Shown here piece by piece: positions 30,381 to 37,929 of a stretch of 64,000 nt of DNA. The notes beneath the pieces are model-generated. The model saw only the letters and a list, made by a program, of their open reading frames with translations, had not been told where the DNA came from and searched no databases. Within the stretch, counting starts at the first letter, position 1, and every line of letters begins with the position of its first letter. The position numbers and the translations under genes are program-made. Source of the stretch: Gemmatimonadaceae bacterium (GTDB lineage: Bacteria; Gemmatimonadota; Gemmatimonadetes; Gemmatimonadales; Gemmatimonadaceae); contig JAXLXW010000014.1 of the NCBI GenBank assembly GCA_046327755.1, positions 8,051 to 72,050 on the forward strand, read 5' to 3'.

Positions 30381-32030
30381 ATGCCGTCCATCTACGAGCA
30401 CCACCTCGACCGCAACCCCGCCAACTACGCCGCGCTCTCCCCCACCTCCTTCGTGGAGCGGAGCGCCGAGGTCTTCGGCGACATGCTGGCCGTGATCCAC
30501 GGCGCACGCCGCTACACGTGGCGCGAAGTGCGCGAGCGCAGCGCACGGCTCGCGTCCGCCCTGCGCTCGATGGGCGTCGGGCGCGGGACGACGGTGAGCG
30601 TGATGCTCGCCAACACTCCGGAGATGGTGGAGGCGCACTACGCCGTCCCCGCGCTCAACGCGGTCCTGCACGCGATCAACATCCGCCTGGATGCCGCGCT
30701 CATTGCCTGGCAGCTGCAGCACTGCGAGTCCGAGGTCCTCATCACCGACCGCGAGTTCTCGCCCACCATCCGCAGGGCGCTGCAGATCCTGCGCGATGAG
30801 TACCACCGCGAACTGCTCGTCATCGACGTGATCGACGCCCAGTACATGGGAGAAGGGGAGCGCGTGGGAGCGATCGAGTACGAGGAGCTGCTCCTTCGCC
30901 ACGCGCCGCTCGCCACGCTCGACGCCCCGGCCGACGAGTGGGACGCGATTGCCGTCAGCTACACGAGCGGGACCACGGGGGACCCCAAGGGGGTGGTGAC
31001 GCACCATCGCGGTGCGTACCTCAATGCGGTGTGCAACGCGGTGACGTGGCACATGCCGCACTTCGCGCGCTATCTGTGGACGCTCCCCATGTTCCACTGC
31101 AACGGCTGGTGCTTCCCCTGGACGATCGCGATGCTCGGCGGGGTGCACGTCTGCCTGCGCAAGGTGGAGGTGACGGCGATCTTCCACGCCATGCGCGCCT
31201 ACGGGGCCGATCACTACTGCGGCGCCCCCATCGTGCACAGCATGATCTACCAGGCGCCGGCCGAGCTGCGCGAGGGGATCACGCATGCCGTGCGGGGGAT
31301 GGTCGCCGCGTCGGCGCCGCCAGCCGCAATGATCGAGGGGATGGCGCGCATCGGCTTCGACATCACGCACGTCTATGGGCTCACCGAGGTCTACGGGCCG
31401 GCCTCGGTCGCGGTCAAGCGTCCCACGTGGCCGCACGAGTCGCTCGCCGAGCAGACGCGACTCAACGGACGGCAGGGGGTGCGCTACGTGCTGCAGGAAG
31501 GGATGACGGTCTGGAATCCCGAGACGCAGCAGGAGGTCCCGGCCGACGGCGAGACGATGGGCGAGATCGTCTTCCGCGGCAACATCACGATGAAGGGGTA
31601 CCTCAAGAATCCCGCGGCGACGGAGCGCGCCTTTGCGGGCGGGTGGTTCCACACCGGCGACCTCGCGGTCCTCGAGCCCGATCGCTACGCCAAGATCAAG
31701 GATCGCAGCAAGGACATCATCATCTCCGGCGGCGAGAACATTTCGTCGTTGGAGGTGGAGGACGCGCTCTATCGTCACGCGGCAGTCGCGGCCTGCGCGG
31801 TCGTCGCCGCGCCGCACCCCACGTGGGGCGAGGTCCCGGTCGCCTACATCGAGCTACGCCCCGGCGCGACGGCGACGGCCGACGAACTGCTCACCCACTG
31901 CCGCGCCCTGCTCGCGAAGTTCAAGGTCCCGCGCGAGATCCGCTTCGAGGAGATCCCCAAGACGTCGACGGGGAAGATCCAGAAGTTCGTCCTGCGCGAT
32001 CGTGCGGGCTCGGCGCGGGCGATCGAGTAG
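30381..32030 (+). CDS. acyl-CoA synthetase (AMP-forming)
   Basis: Internal ATG at 30381. Motifs: VSYTSGTTGDPKGV (AMP-binding), GWFHTGD and PKTSTGKIQK. Confidence 0.9.
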   Translation: MPSIYEHHLDRNPANYAALSPTSFVERSAEVFGDMLAVIHGARRYTWREVRERSARLASALRSMGVGRGTTVSVMLANTPEMVEAHYAVPALNAVLHAINIRLDAALIAWQLQHCESEVLITDREFSPTIRRALQILRDEYHRELLVIDVIDAQYMGEGERVGAIEYEELLLRHAPLATLDAPADEWDAIAVSYTSGTTGDPKGVVTHHRGAYLNAVCNAVTWHMPHFARYLWTLPMFHCNGWCFPWTIAMLGGVHVCLRKVEVTAIFHAMRAYGADHYCGAPIVHSMIYQAPAELREGITHAVRGMVAASAPPAAMIEGMARIGFDITHVYGLTEVYGPASVAVKRPTWPHESLAEQTRLNGRQGVRYVLQEGMTVWNPETQQEVPADGETMGEIVFRGNITMKGYLKNPAATERAFAGGWFHTGDLAVLEPDRYAKIKDRSKDIIISGGENISSLEVEDALYRHAAVAACAVVAAPHPTWGEVPVAYIELRPGATATADELLTHCRALLAKFKVPREIRFEEIPKTSTGKIQKFVLRDRAGSARAIE

Positions 32031-32047
32031 CGACGACAGCGACGACA

Positions 32048-32071
32048 GCGACGTCGCCGCGCCGACGTCGC
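32048..32071. terminator. hairpin between convergent genes
   Basis: gcgacgtcg (32048..32056) pairs with cgacgtcgc (32063..32071) across a 6-nt loop. It is preceded by a cgacgacag direct duplication. There is no U-tract. Confidence 0.35.
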
Positions 32072-32075
32072 GCCG

Positions 32076-33203
32076 CTACGGCTTCGCCGCGGTGAGCCCC
32101 GCGACCCACTGCTTGAGCCGGCTCCCGTCCGGCTCGAGCGCGGCCGCCGCCTCGAGGTACGCCAGCGGGTCGGTGCCTAACGGCAGGGCGAGCCTGGTCC
32201 CGCGATGGAGCGCGAAGAGCTCGCCCCCCTCGATCAGCAGCACGGCCTGGTTGGAGCCGTAGGCGGCCGAGAGCCCCGCGTCGATGAGGAGAACCTTCCC
32301 GCCAAAGCGCGGCATGATCGCCCCCTGCGTGGTGGAGTGGCCGATCACGATGTGCCGCACGCCGAACGTGCGCAGCACGCTGTCGACGTGCGCGGCAAGC
32401 GCCGTCTCGTCACCGGTGGCGAGCCCGCGATACCAGAGCGGCCCCTCCTCGTCCTCCGCCATGTTCCCCTTGGGGGGCGTGGTGCTCCCCGAGAGCGCGG
32501 TGCGCACCCCGCTGTTGAGCGCGGCAATGGTGGAGTCGACGTACTTGGGTGAAATGCCGCCGTGCAGGAAGAGGATGTCCCCCACCTTCACGACGGCATT
32601 GTTCTCCCGGATCCACGTGGCGTAGCGCCCGTTCCCCTCGAAGGCAAGGCGTTGCTCCACCCACCCCAACGGATGCTGCGCGAACCACTCCTCGCGATAC
32701 GCCTTGTCGTCGCGCCGTGCGGAGTCGGAGAGGAGGCGCCACGCCCGCTCCTGAAGCTTTGGCGAGTTGGAGTTGCGGAACGCTTCGTACTCGCCGGGAT
32801 GCACGTAGCGCAGGTCACCCAGGACGTTCATCGCCTCGTGGTTGCCGACGAGCGGGATGACGCGCCCTCCCGCCTTCTTCGCCTCGGCGGTGAGCGCCAT
32901 GAGCAGCTCCATCACCTTGCGCGAATCGGGGCCGCGGTCGGGGACGTCGCCCGTCTGCACGAGTGTCGTCGTCCCGCCAATCCAGTGCGCCTTGTTGTTG
33001 ATCAGCCCTGCCTGCTTGAGCACGGTCAGGAACTGCTCGTAGTCGCCGTGCACGTCGCCCACCGCCACGAGACGCGGCGCGGCAGGAAGGACGTCCTGCG
33101 TGCGCCCGGCGCGCGGGAGCGTGCAGCCGAGCGTGCCGGCAGCGAAGGCGAGGAGCGGGCGAAGGAAGTGGGGCATGCGGCGGCGTCGATTGGTGTGGGA
33201 CAT
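32076..33203 (-). CDS. calcineurin-like metallophosphoesterase
   Basis: Motifs: VAVGDVHGD, TGDVPDRG and GNHEAMN. The start is ATG 33203 (MSHTNRRRRMPHFLRPLLAFAAG) or ATG 33176. Confidence 0.85.
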   Translation of the reverse strand: MSHTNRRRRMPHFLRPLLAFAAGTLGCTLPRAGRTQDVLPAAPRLVAVGDVHGDYEQFLTVLKQAGLINNKAHWIGGTTTLVQTGDVPDRGPDSRKVMELLMALTAEAKKAGGRVIPLVGNHEAMNVLGDLRYVHPGEYEAFRNSNSPKLQERAWRLLSDSARRDDKAYREEWFAQHPLGWVEQRLAFEGNGRYATWIRENNAVVKVGDILFLHGGISPKYVDSTIAALNSGVRTALSGSTTPPKGNMAEDEEGPLWYRGLATGDETALAAHVDSVLRTFGVRHIVIGHSTTQGAIMPRFGGKVLLIDAGLSAAYGSNQAVLLIEGGELFALHRGTRLALPLGTDPLAYLEAAAALEPDGSRLKQWVAGLTAAKP

Positions 33204-33414
33204 TCTACCCCGCGGACGACGCCTCGGTAGCGGGGAAATGGGGGCGAGCCCGCGACTCTGACTGGCCACGGTCCGATCCGGGGGCGAGATTCGCCCGTAA
33301 CCAACCCTCGCGGCGCCGCCTGCTCCGATTTCAGCGGGAGACGCGCTCGCGCCGACGGCACCGCTCGCGCCGCTCCACTGACATCGGCGCCGACACCAGC
33401 TCCCAAGACCGACC

Positions 33415-34200
33415 ATGACGCAGTCCACCACCGAGCCGCTCGTCGTTCAGTCGCAGGACGCTCGCGGCGTCGTGACCCTGATGATGAACCGCCCCACGCA
33501 GTTCAACGCGCTGAGCGAGGCGATGCTCGACGCCCTGCAGCACGCACTCGATGCCGTCGCCGCCGACGCGACGGCGCGCGTCGTCGTGATCAAGGGGGCA
33601 GGGAAGGCGTTCTGCGCCGGTCACGACCTCAAGGAGATGCGCGCCAAGCCCTCGCAGGGGTACTACGCGTCGCTCTTTTCACAGTGCGGGCGGATGATGC
33701 TGTCGATCCAGAAGCTCCCCGTCCCCGTCATCGCGCAGGTCCACGGAATCGCGACGGCGGCCGGATGCCAGCTCGTCGCGATGTGCGACCTGGCCGTCGC
33801 CACTGCGGACGCGCGCTTCGCGGTGAGCGGCGTCAACCTTGGCCTCTTCTGCTCCACGCCGAGCGTGGCGCTGTCGCGCAACGTGGGGCGCAAGGCGGCG
33901 TTCGAGATGCTGGTCACCGGTGCCTTCATCAGCGCCGAGCAGGCGTTGCAGCGTGGGCTCGTCAATCGCGTGGTGGCGGGCGACGCGCTGGAGATGGAGG
34001 TCGAGTCGCTCGTCGCCTCGATCGTCGCCAAGCCGCGCGTGGCGGTGTCGATGGGGAAGGCGCTCTTCTATCGCCAGCTGGAGCAGGGGATCGAACGCGC
34101 CTACGCCGACGCCGAGCAGACGATGGCGTGCAACATGATGGACGAGAGCGCGCTGGAAGGGGTGCAGGCCTTCATCGAGAAGCGCCCGCCGAAGTGGTAG
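33415..34200 (+). CDS. enoyl-CoA hydratase/isomerase family protein
   Basis: Motifs: GAGKAFCAGHDLKEM and IAQVHGIATAAGCQLVAMCDL. The length of 261 aa fits the family. Confidence 0.9.
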   Translation: MTQSTTEPLVVQSQDARGVVTLMMNRPTQFNALSEAMLDALQHALDAVAADATARVVVIKGAGKAFCAGHDLKEMRAKPSQGYYASLFSQCGRMMLSIQKLPVPVIAQVHGIATAAGCQLVAMCDLAVATADARFAVSGVNLGLFCSTPSVALSRNVGRKAAFEMLVTGAFISAEQALQRGLVNRVVAGDALEMEVESLVASIVAKPRVAVSMGKALFYRQLEQGIERAYADAEQTMACNMMDESALEGVQAFIEKRPPKW

Positions 34201-34226
34201 GCGCTCGCGACCGCATGGCGTGACAC

Positions 34227-34260
34227 GAGGCCCGGCCGCCAGCTGCAGCGACCGGGCCTC
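34227..34260. terminator. bidirectional terminator-like hairpin between convergent genes
   Basis: gaggcccgg (34227..34235) pairs with ccgggcctc (34252..34260), a 9-bp perfect stem with a 16-nt loop. Confidence 0.45.
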
Positions 34261-34280
34261 GAGGCGTCCGCGGTGCGACG

Positions 34281-36821
34281 CTAGGGCGTGAACAACCCCT
34301 GGCGCTGCCCGGTGCGGAAGAGCGCACCGTCGACCAGCCCGCCCGTCGCCGAGATCCACCCGGTCATCGCCACGTTCCACACCACCTGCGTGCCGGCGAT
34401 CGGCCCCCACGCATGGTTCCACCCGCCCACCCCGGTGAAATCGGGGATCGCGAGGTCGAGCGACGAGCCGGCACCGGCGTAGGCGGACGACACCGTGAGG
34501 GTGACGGACCGCCGCGAGGCAGTCGCCGTCTGCGTGAAGTTCACCGACCAGTAGTCCTGGTAGTCGGCGAGTCGCGCGAACTGTGCGCGAAGCCGTGCGT
34601 ACGGCGCGTTGGCGAGGGTGCTGATGGTCGGCGCGTTCATCGCCGACCCAAGGGTGACGGTGGGATTGGTTGGATCTCGAAAGACCGCCGTGACCGAGCG
34701 GATTTGCGACGCCAGCGTACCGGCGATCGTCGCCGCGTTGACCGCGATGGCCTGGACATCGCCCGCCTGCGTCTTGTTCGTGGGGACGATCTTGATGTCG
34801 AGCACGGAGCCGGTGGTGAGCGTCGTGCTCCCCAGCGACCCGAACGACTGCGTGTTGGTGATGAAGGTGTTGGACGAGGCAACCTGCTCGCCGGCCACGA
34901 TTCCATTCACCGTCACTTGTGTGTTGGCCGGATCGAACGCTTCGACGGCGTTGAAGTCGACGGTGCCGACCGAGCTGAAGTTGGGCGGGTTGATCCCGCG
35001 CCTGACATAGATCTTCGTGAGCGTCAGTGGATTGGCCACGTTGCTCGCATTGAACGCCGAGCGAGTGGCGACGAGGTCGCGCAGCCCGTCGGGGACGCCG
35101 GTGATCGTGAAGTTGGGGTTCCCCTGCGTCGGCGAGACCTGCGCGAAGGCCGATCCGACTCCCACGGTGGCGAAGTCGTTGGCCGAGGCGAAGCCCGTCA
35201 CGGTGCCGGTCACCGTCTTGAGGATGCTCCCCTGCGCCGGGCAGGTCGCGGTCCCCTGCGAGGCCAGTTCGGCGCGGCTCCCGTACGCGATGTTGAGCGT
35301 GTAGTTGTCCGGGTTGTTCTGCATCACATAGGCGACCGCGCCGCGCGTCCCGATGTCGAAGGCGTAGCGATTGCCGGCGCCGAGCGCGACCTGCGTCCAC
35401 GGCGACGAGGCGCCGCCGTCCTGGTAGGCAAACCAGACCGGGAACCCGGTGGCGGTGCAGAAGGTCCAGGCGACGTTACCGCCTGACGAGACGCTGGTAA
35501 TGGTGACCGGGATGCTGACCTGCGTGGTGGCGATCCCGTTGCCGCTGGCGGTGACGGTGATGGGGTAGGTCCCCGGTGTCGCGCTGGAGCCCACGGCGAT
35601 ACCTAACGTCGCACTGTTCCCGGTGGTCTGCGTGGTCGTCATGGTGAGCGTCACGGCGGCGGGGGCGCCGGAGGCGGCGAGGGTCACGGTCCCGGTGAAG
35701 TCGGTGCGGGCGATCGAGATCACCGTGGTCGTCCCGCTCCCCGGGGCAATGGAGAGCGACGCGGGGCTCGCGCTGAGCGCCACGCTCGCGCCGCTGGCCG
35801 CCGGCGTGACGGTGAGGGCGATGGTGACGGTCCCCGGCGTGGCCTGGAAGCCGGCCCCCTGGAGCACGACGCTGTACGTTCCCGGCACCGCGGCGGCGGT
35901 GGCGGCGAAGGTCACGGTGACCGAGTTGCCGCTGACGGGGCCCGTCGGGTTGTTGGTCGCGGTCACCCCGGCGGGGAGCCCGGACTGCACCGCGACAACG
36001 ACCGTCCCCGTGAAGTTGGTGCGGGCGATCGCGAGCGTCGTCCCCACGCTGGCGCCGCCGGCCTGCACCGAGAGCGCCGATGGCGTCGCGGTGAGGGCGA
36101 TGGACGGAGCGGGCGCGGCCGTCACGTCCAGCGTGTACGTCGCGGTCACGGCGGTGACGCCGGTTCCGCTCGCGGTCACGGTGAGCGGGTACGTCCCCGG
36201 GGCAGTGGAGACCGCGACGGCCAGCGCGATGGTATGGCTGTCGCCGTTGCTGCTGACGGATGCGGCGACGCCCGTCGGCGTCCCAGTCACCGCCACGGTC
36301 ACCGCGCCGGTGAAGTTGGTGCGCGCGATGGCGGCGGTGAGCGACGCGCTTCCTCCCGCGGCGACGCTCCCGGTCGCAGCGCTCAGCGTCATCGCGATCG
36401 CTGGCTTCGCCGTCACCGTCACGGAGACGGTTCCCGTCTGGTCGGACATCCCGCTTGCTTGCCCGCGCACGACGAACGAGTAGGTGCCGGGGGCGACGGC
36501 GGCGGTCGCGCTCACGGCAAGCGTCACGGACGTCGCGCCCGCGGTGACGGGATTGGGGGTGAAGTTCGCCGAGAGCCCGCTGGGGACGTTCTCGGCGCTG
36601 AGTGTCACGGCGCCGGTGAAGGAGCCGCTGCGGACAATCGTCGCCGTGACCGAGCCGCTCGCCCCCTGTTCCACGGAGACGGTGGATGCCGACAGGGTGA
36701 AGGTGAAGCCGCCCTGCGTGACCGGCGGGTTGGGAGTCGTCCCACCATCGCCGCCGCACGCGGCGAGAACGAAGAGGGCGAGAGATGAAAGCCAAGGGAC
36801 GGACGAGCGATGGCGAAGCAC
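34281..36821 (-). CDS. large surface lipoprotein with four tandem Ig-like repeats and a C-terminal domain of about 430 aa
   Basis: GTG at 36821 is preceded by AGGAGG (4-nt spacer) and gives VLRHRSSVPWLSSLALFVLAACGGDGG. Four repeats of about 95-100 aa share the pattern ...IARTNFTGxVTVAV...PGTYxxTVTASG. The track ORF 34281..37391 reads through from upstream pseudogene sequence. Confidence 0.75.
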   Translation of the reverse strand: MLRHRSSVPWLSSLALFVLAACGGDGGTTPNPPVTQGGFTFTLSASTVSVEQGASGSVTATIVRSGSFTGAVTLSAENVPSGLSANFTPNPVTAGATSVTLAVSATAAVAPGTYSFVVRGQASGMSDQTGTVSVTVTAKPAIAMTLSAATGSVAAGGSASLTAAIARTNFTGAVTVAVTGTPTGVAASVSSNGDSHTIALAVAVSTAPGTYPLTVTASGTGVTAVTATYTLDVTAAPAPSIALTATPSALSVQAGGASVGTTLAIARTNFTGTVVVAVQSGLPAGVTATNNPTGPVSGNSVTVTFAATAAAVPGTYSVVLQGAGFQATPGTVTIALTVTPAASGASVALSASPASLSIAPGSGTTTVISIARTDFTGTVTLAASGAPAAVTLTMTTTQTTGNSATLGIAVGSSATPGTYPITVTASGNGIATTQVSIPVTITSVSSGGNVAWTFCTATGFPVWFAYQDGGASSPWTQVALGAGNRYAFDIGTRGAVAYVMQNNPDNYTLNIAYGSRAELASQGTATCPAQGSILKTVTGTVTGFASANDFATVGVGSAFAQVSPTQGNPNFTITGVPDGLRDLVATRSAFNASNVANPLTLTKIYVRRGINPPNFSSVGTVDFNAVEAFDPANTQVTVNGIVAGEQVASSNTFITNTQSFGSLGSTTLTTGSVLDIKIVPTNKTQAGDVQAIAVNAATIAGTLASQIRSVTAVFRDPTNPTVTLGSAMNAPTISTLANAPYARLRAQFARLADYQDYWSVNFTQTATASRRSVTLTVSSAYAGAGSSLDLAIPDFTGVGGWNHAWGPIAGTQVVWNVAMTGWISATGGLVDGALFRTGQRQGLFTP

Positions 36822-37010
36822 GAGGCCTCCTGCGCGCGGCGTGGAGAGGGGCGGGGGAGTATCGACGCGCGCGCTCGTTCGAGGGCGAGCGCGTCGCTGC
36901 ACGCATTGCGCAGAAGTGCCTCGCCAACACGCAGGAGGGCCCGAGAAATCGTCGGGCCCCGGCGGAGGTGGTGTGCGATGTGGTGGTGTCGGGCGCGGTC
37001 GATCGCGCGC

Positions 37011-37420
37011 CCACGGGACGCAGGTGAACCCCGCCTGCGCGAAGTGGGCGTCCAGGGTGAGGACGTGCGTGAGCTTGCGGGCGCGCATCACCTCGAGGCT
37101 CACCGCATCGGCGAGGCTCACGCGCTGATCGGCGAAGCGCCGCACCAGCGACCGATGGTCGTGCGCTCGAGCCGCGCGTCGGCGTAGACGACCTGGTGGG
37201 AGGGGTCCTGCCCCAGCGCGCCGAGGAGCTACAGCGCGTCCTCGCTCGCGCATGAGCGCGAGAGGAGGATCTGCATCTCGCCGACGACGAGGTTGGTCGT
37301 GACGAGCGGGAGCTCCTGCTCCATCCATCCCCGGTAGGCGGCGAGGGCGTCCGCGTGGCGTGACTTGCGCGGGTTGTGCGCGGCGAACCATCCCGCGGTG
37401 TCGAGAAACGTCCCTCTCAC
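37011..37420 (-). pseudogene. degraded PIN-domain (VapC-like) toxin gene
   Basis: GTG at 37420 gives VRGTFLDTAGWF...LVTTNLVVGEMQILLSRSCASEDAL, then TAG at 37231..37229. The same frame continues as LLGALGQDPSHQVVYADARLER. The remainder (HRSLVRRFADQRVSLADAVSLEVMRARKLTHVLTLDAHFAQAGF) lies in another frame, and no stop separates it from the lipoprotein gene. Confidence 0.6.
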
Positions 37421-37533
37421 CGTCGCTTGGCGCCGCGCTCCGCCACGCGACGGACCTTTCCGCGCGCCGGCTTGGCAGCTGCGTCCGTCCGGCGCTCGCG
37501 TGGACGAGCGCTCTCGGCCGGCACGGCCTTGAC

Positions 37534-37576
37534 GCCTCACCAGGTGTGGGCTAGTCTTCACCTCACCTGGTGAGGC
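37534..37576. promoter_or_regulatory. operator-like double palindrome upstream of the PadR gene
   Basis: gcctcaccaggtg (37534..37546) is the exact reverse complement of cacctggtgaggc (37564..37576). Each copy is itself CCTCACC-N-GGTG(A/T)GG. The element ends 6 nt before the PadR ATG at 37583. Confidence 0.5.
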
Positions 37577-37582
37577 GACGCG

Positions 37583-37924
37583 ATGCCACGATCCCCCAAC
37601 GAACTCCTGCACGGCACGCTCGACGTGCTCGTCCTCAAGTCGCTCGTCCTCGGCGCGGCCCACGGCTATGAGATCTCGCGGCGCATCGAGTCGCGATCGC
37701 GGGACACCTTTTCCATCGAGGATGCCGCCCTGTACAAGGCGCTGTACCGCCTCGAATCGGCGGGGGCGGTCGAGGCGGAGTGGGGGGTCTCCGAGTCCAA
37801 CCGGCGCGCCAAGTTCTATCGACTCACCCCCGCCGGGCGACGGCAGCTGGTGGCCGAGGTGCGAACGTTCCGCGCCTACGCCGAAGCGGTGCTGCGCATC
37901 CTCGACGCCACCGAAGGGGCGTGA
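37583..37924 (+). CDS. PadR-family transcriptional regulator
   Basis: LHGTLDVLVLKSLVLGAAHGYEISRRIE...EDAALYKALYRLESAGAVEAEWGVSESNRRAKFYRLTPAGRRQL is the canonical PadR winged helix. Confidence 0.92.
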   Translation: MPRSPNELLHGTLDVLVLKSLVLGAAHGYEISRRIESRSRDTFSIEDAALYKALYRLESAGAVEAEWGVSESNRRAKFYRLTPAGRRQLVAEVRTFRAYAEAVLRILDATEGA

Positions 37925-37929
37925 CGCGA

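Noticed and set aside
34281-37391. 1036-aa track ORF taken as one gene
   Set aside because: Its N-terminal 190 residues are the out-of-frame tail of a decayed PIN gene plus spacer. A GTG at 36821 with an AGGAGG site and a lipoprotein signal peptide marks the real start.
37421-37582. Candidate VapB-type antitoxin upstream of the PIN remnant
   Set aside because: Only about 160 bp is available. The sole frame ending in the GTGA overlap encodes about 35 highly basic residues (VPAESARPRERRTDAAAKPARGKVRRVAERGAKRR) with no RHH, AbrB or Phd-like features.
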